DNA of 64,000 nucleotides from Ramazzottius varieornatus. Taxonomy: Eukaryota > Animalia > Tardigrada. The stretch spans positions 1,539,624-1,603,623 of the forward strand of contig BDGG01000009.1 of NCBI GenBank assembly GCA_001949185.1. Reading direction: 5' to 3'. Both the position numbers and the translations under genes were made by a program. Shown here piece by piece: positions 60,944-64,000 of the stretch. The notes beneath the pieces are model-generated. The model ran no database searches. It worked only from the letters and a program-made list of their open reading frames with translations, and was not told where the DNA came from. The first letter of the stretch is position 1. Every line of letters starts with the position of its first letter.

Positions 60944-63900
60944 TCAAGAGCTGGATCGTTCCGCTTCGAAGGCGGCCTGCCGCGGCTCCATGGTATTACG
61001 CCTTTTTATCTTCGTCTTCTTTAGCATCGTTGCCTGCAATAGATAGTTGTTTTTGTTTGCGCTTCTTGAGCATTGTGGCCTACAACAAGAGGGAAAAAGG
61101 AGCACTGGACAGTTAGTGGTCACTCAGGCGGCTGTTTAGATAAGAGACATAACAGAGGACAGGGTGGGGGAAAACGGACGGAGACAAGCAGGTGGATACA
61201 TACCCGAAGAGCCGAACGCAGTACGGTCACTTGGCCCGATCCTTGGTTCCACGGTTCGCCGTCAACGTGGACTGGAAGCTCGCCCTTCATTTTTATTCGA
61301 ATCTACAAAGAGCGACAGACAAGCTGGTAAAGTGACAAGGCATCTTTGGGAGGGAGAGCAAAAGGATATGCGTACATGTCCGCCTTGGGCGATGCGAATG
61401 CCGCTGCGTAGTCCGCTCTGCATCTGGCCCAGATGAACTACTCCCGTTACGCCCACAACTTCCAGCATGCCATCCCAGTGCGTCGGCTTGCCAAAGACAT
61501 CATCTCGTTCAGGTCCCCACGGGTTACATCCAGCTCCCCAACTGTAAGCAAGCCATGATCACATCATCTTTAATCACCTCTGCGCAGAAAGCAGAGGCCC
61601 CCCTATATCGCATGCCTAACCTGAGGATGTTGAGGATGATGATGCCTTCAACTGGCGGCAGCTCGATTAGTTTGCCGTCAACTTCCAGCTCAATCTCTTT
61701 CTGCAGATCGCGACTGCCGCTCTTGGCACTGCGACTTTTTACCATCTTCCGAAGTCCCATTTTGACGTAAATGCGCTTATTATGAAGCCTATCAAGACGG
61801 CATGACACACATCAAGCACATGAAAGCATCCACACAAGGTCCGATGAATATCAGCGGTCGTTAAGGATCTCTCAACTTACCGACTGCTAAACTTTTCCGG
61901 ATTCTCCTCCCGAGCATTATGAAAGTCCAAGGCCAGATCAGCATCCAGACCAATGCCAAAGTAGTTGTTCATGACGAACATACTGGAATTGTCCTCGGCG
62001 GCGCTGTTGCTCATGACCTGACATGCAGCCACCGCCTTCACTTCGCCCTCCGGCTTCTCATCGGGATGGAAGACCACCGTCCACCTGCAAGACACCCCAA
62101 ACAGTAGTTACCTCCTGCTCAAAAAAAGGGGAAGGCTACTGGCGGTTGGGCATATCTCACTCTTCCCTACCGGTCAAGGCGAATTTCGTCGGCTTCGATG
62201 ACGTCCTTGAGGATGCTCATGGGTTCTTCGTCGCCAGTGTAGCCCGTTCCCCAGCGCAAGACGCGAGCTAGGTCGTTACCTGCAACAAGCGGGGGGTTTA
62301 TATGGGCCACGATCAGGTTAGGCAGACAGGACATGAAGGAAGAGGTCTCTTTACCTGTTCCCAGCGGGACGACTCCACAAGGCGGCGTTTGGCAGACCGA
62401 GTCTTGGCCCACATTGTCCAGGCACTGCAGGACCCATCCCACCGTCCCATCCCCGCCGCAGATCAGAATGCGATACTTGGGGATATTTCGAAAGACATAC
62501 AGACCGGGCAGTGGGCCGCCATTGCTGACGTCAAAGACCTGATAGGGGTTCAACAGCTTGCGGAAGGCCGCAATCAAGTCTTGGCCTTGACAGCCGCCAC
62601 TTTTGGCGTTAACAAAGACCAACAGCGGTGTCAAATCGCGATGATCCAACAGTTGAGCCTGAATAAGAAAGAAAGGCCAAAAGTCAACCAATCTCTTCCA
62701 ATCAACCAAGGGGTCGACAGACAAGTAGTAAGCGATACCTGAATGTTAGGAAGCAACATGACCAAGAGGTTCTTCTCTTCGAAAAGGGCCCCTTTGAGGC
62801 TGTTGAAGGCCTTGACGGCAGCCTCGTTATTATCGTACGTTATCACAACTGATCCGTACTCGTAGTAGATTGGTCCGATTGAGACAAAGGGGTTGGCTAC
62901 AGATCAATAACATTTTCCAAGAAGGTTGCAAATGGATAATTATACACATTTATATCGTAACGATAAAGCATTGGGATACGCTTACAGTCACCAACGAAAG
63001 TCTGAAGAATTCCGTGGTACTGTCTTTGTGACAAGCTCTGTGGAAGGTTGCCGATGAAGAGCGCAATGCTGGAACCATGGGGATCTTCCTTTTCCTGCAG
63101 GTAGAACCTTGTTTTCAGCATCTGGTGGATCGATTCTTTCCTGATTTGCTGCATTATCCGCCATGGCTTCTCGGCGTGAGTCAATATACGCTCAGTCACT
63201 GCAGAATAACAATGATAGGTCAATCCCATATTCGTCCAGTATGTATAATATTGATTTGCCATGACGTCATATGAGCCTGACCTCGGTTATCCATCGTTAC
63301 TTCAATCAAGTTGTATTTGGACTTTGTGGTCGTTCCTAAGCCGAACTTTCGCAATGCATACTCCAAGACATCATCCACGGTGGTGTCGCTGGTAACTGGA
63401 ATGCTTTTGTATCCTTGAGAACTCCTATAAAAGTCAACATGATATTCTCTGAGAATTGTTGGCAGCACAAATAGCGAGAAAAAGCAAAGTGTTGGTCCTC
63501 TCGTCCACCTGCCTACAGCAAACTCCACATTTTCTAGGTTGACCAGTATGTAGGTTCATGCAAAATGCTTAAATTGATTGGGCGCTGCTTTGGCCAGTGC
63601 TGGTCAACGTACTTGAGGTTTCCTGGATAGACTTTGATGAAGCCCTTGTTTGGGTCCTTGTCTCGGTATCTGAGAAAGAGTGCAGACTTCTCTTGTGTGT
63701 CTTCCTTGACCAGAGAGCGTATGGGTGTCGAAGGGTCCAGAGTCCGCTCTTCGGCCTCATTGGCTTCGGTCAGATAGTAATTACTGGGGTCATCTTTGAT
63801 ATAAAATGACCGAAGAGCCGCTTCCTGCAAAGACCGAAGAAATATATCATGTGGTAACTATTTTGCAGACAGAAAATTTCTGCAGGCTGACGTACAACAA

Positions 63901-64000
63901 CTTCTTTGGTGGGGGCGTTGCGATTGATGGTAATGGTGCGGAATACTTTGCGTCTCATAGACGAGTTGCCATCAAAGACTTTGACCAGTTCGGCGTCCGA
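60944..64000 (-). CDS. DGKQ: Diacylglycerol kinase theta, 5' part beyond window end
   Basis: RA-like segments, RRM-like [60 protein letters not shown]. Confidence 0.94.

Overview
Gene-dense eukaryotic (animal, probably ecdysozoan) genomic DNA with many short GT-AG introns. The compactness would fit a tardigrade-like genome, but the sequence does not prove the species. Spliced genes in order: CAND1 (-, runs off the left edge), class II DYRK kinase (-), DDX54/DBP10 (-), mRNA capping enzyme RNGTT (+), GDP-fucose transporter SLC35C1 (-), a divergent PRMT5-like methyltransferase (+), 14-3-3 zeta-like (-), MRT4 (+), SPEF2-like (-), an Eyes shut/Spacemaker-like EGF-LamG protein (-), KAT6/MOZ/Enok-like MYST acetyltransferase (+) and DGK theta (-, runs off the right edge). 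There are two transposon patches. One is nested MITEs at 4.3-5.9 kb. The other, at 44-52 kb, is a decayed LINE next to an intron-containing pogo-like element that is interrupted by an intact DD34D mariner. The most interesting signals are at RNA level. (1) The 14-3-3 gene has two 164-nt mutually exclusive exons 33 nt apart, and an upstream intronic element that is complementary to the equivalent coding segment of both. (2) CAND1 introns host three box C/D snoRNA candidates, two of them U21-like copies. (3) DGK theta has a duplicated acceptor+ATMLKK unit giving two overlapping-frame C-termini. (4) KAT6 lacks its double PHD finger and has a likely intronic poly(A) short isoform. (5) Two PRMT5-like introns carry related long hairpins. 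Exon boundaries were read by eye; CDS features give whole gene spans.
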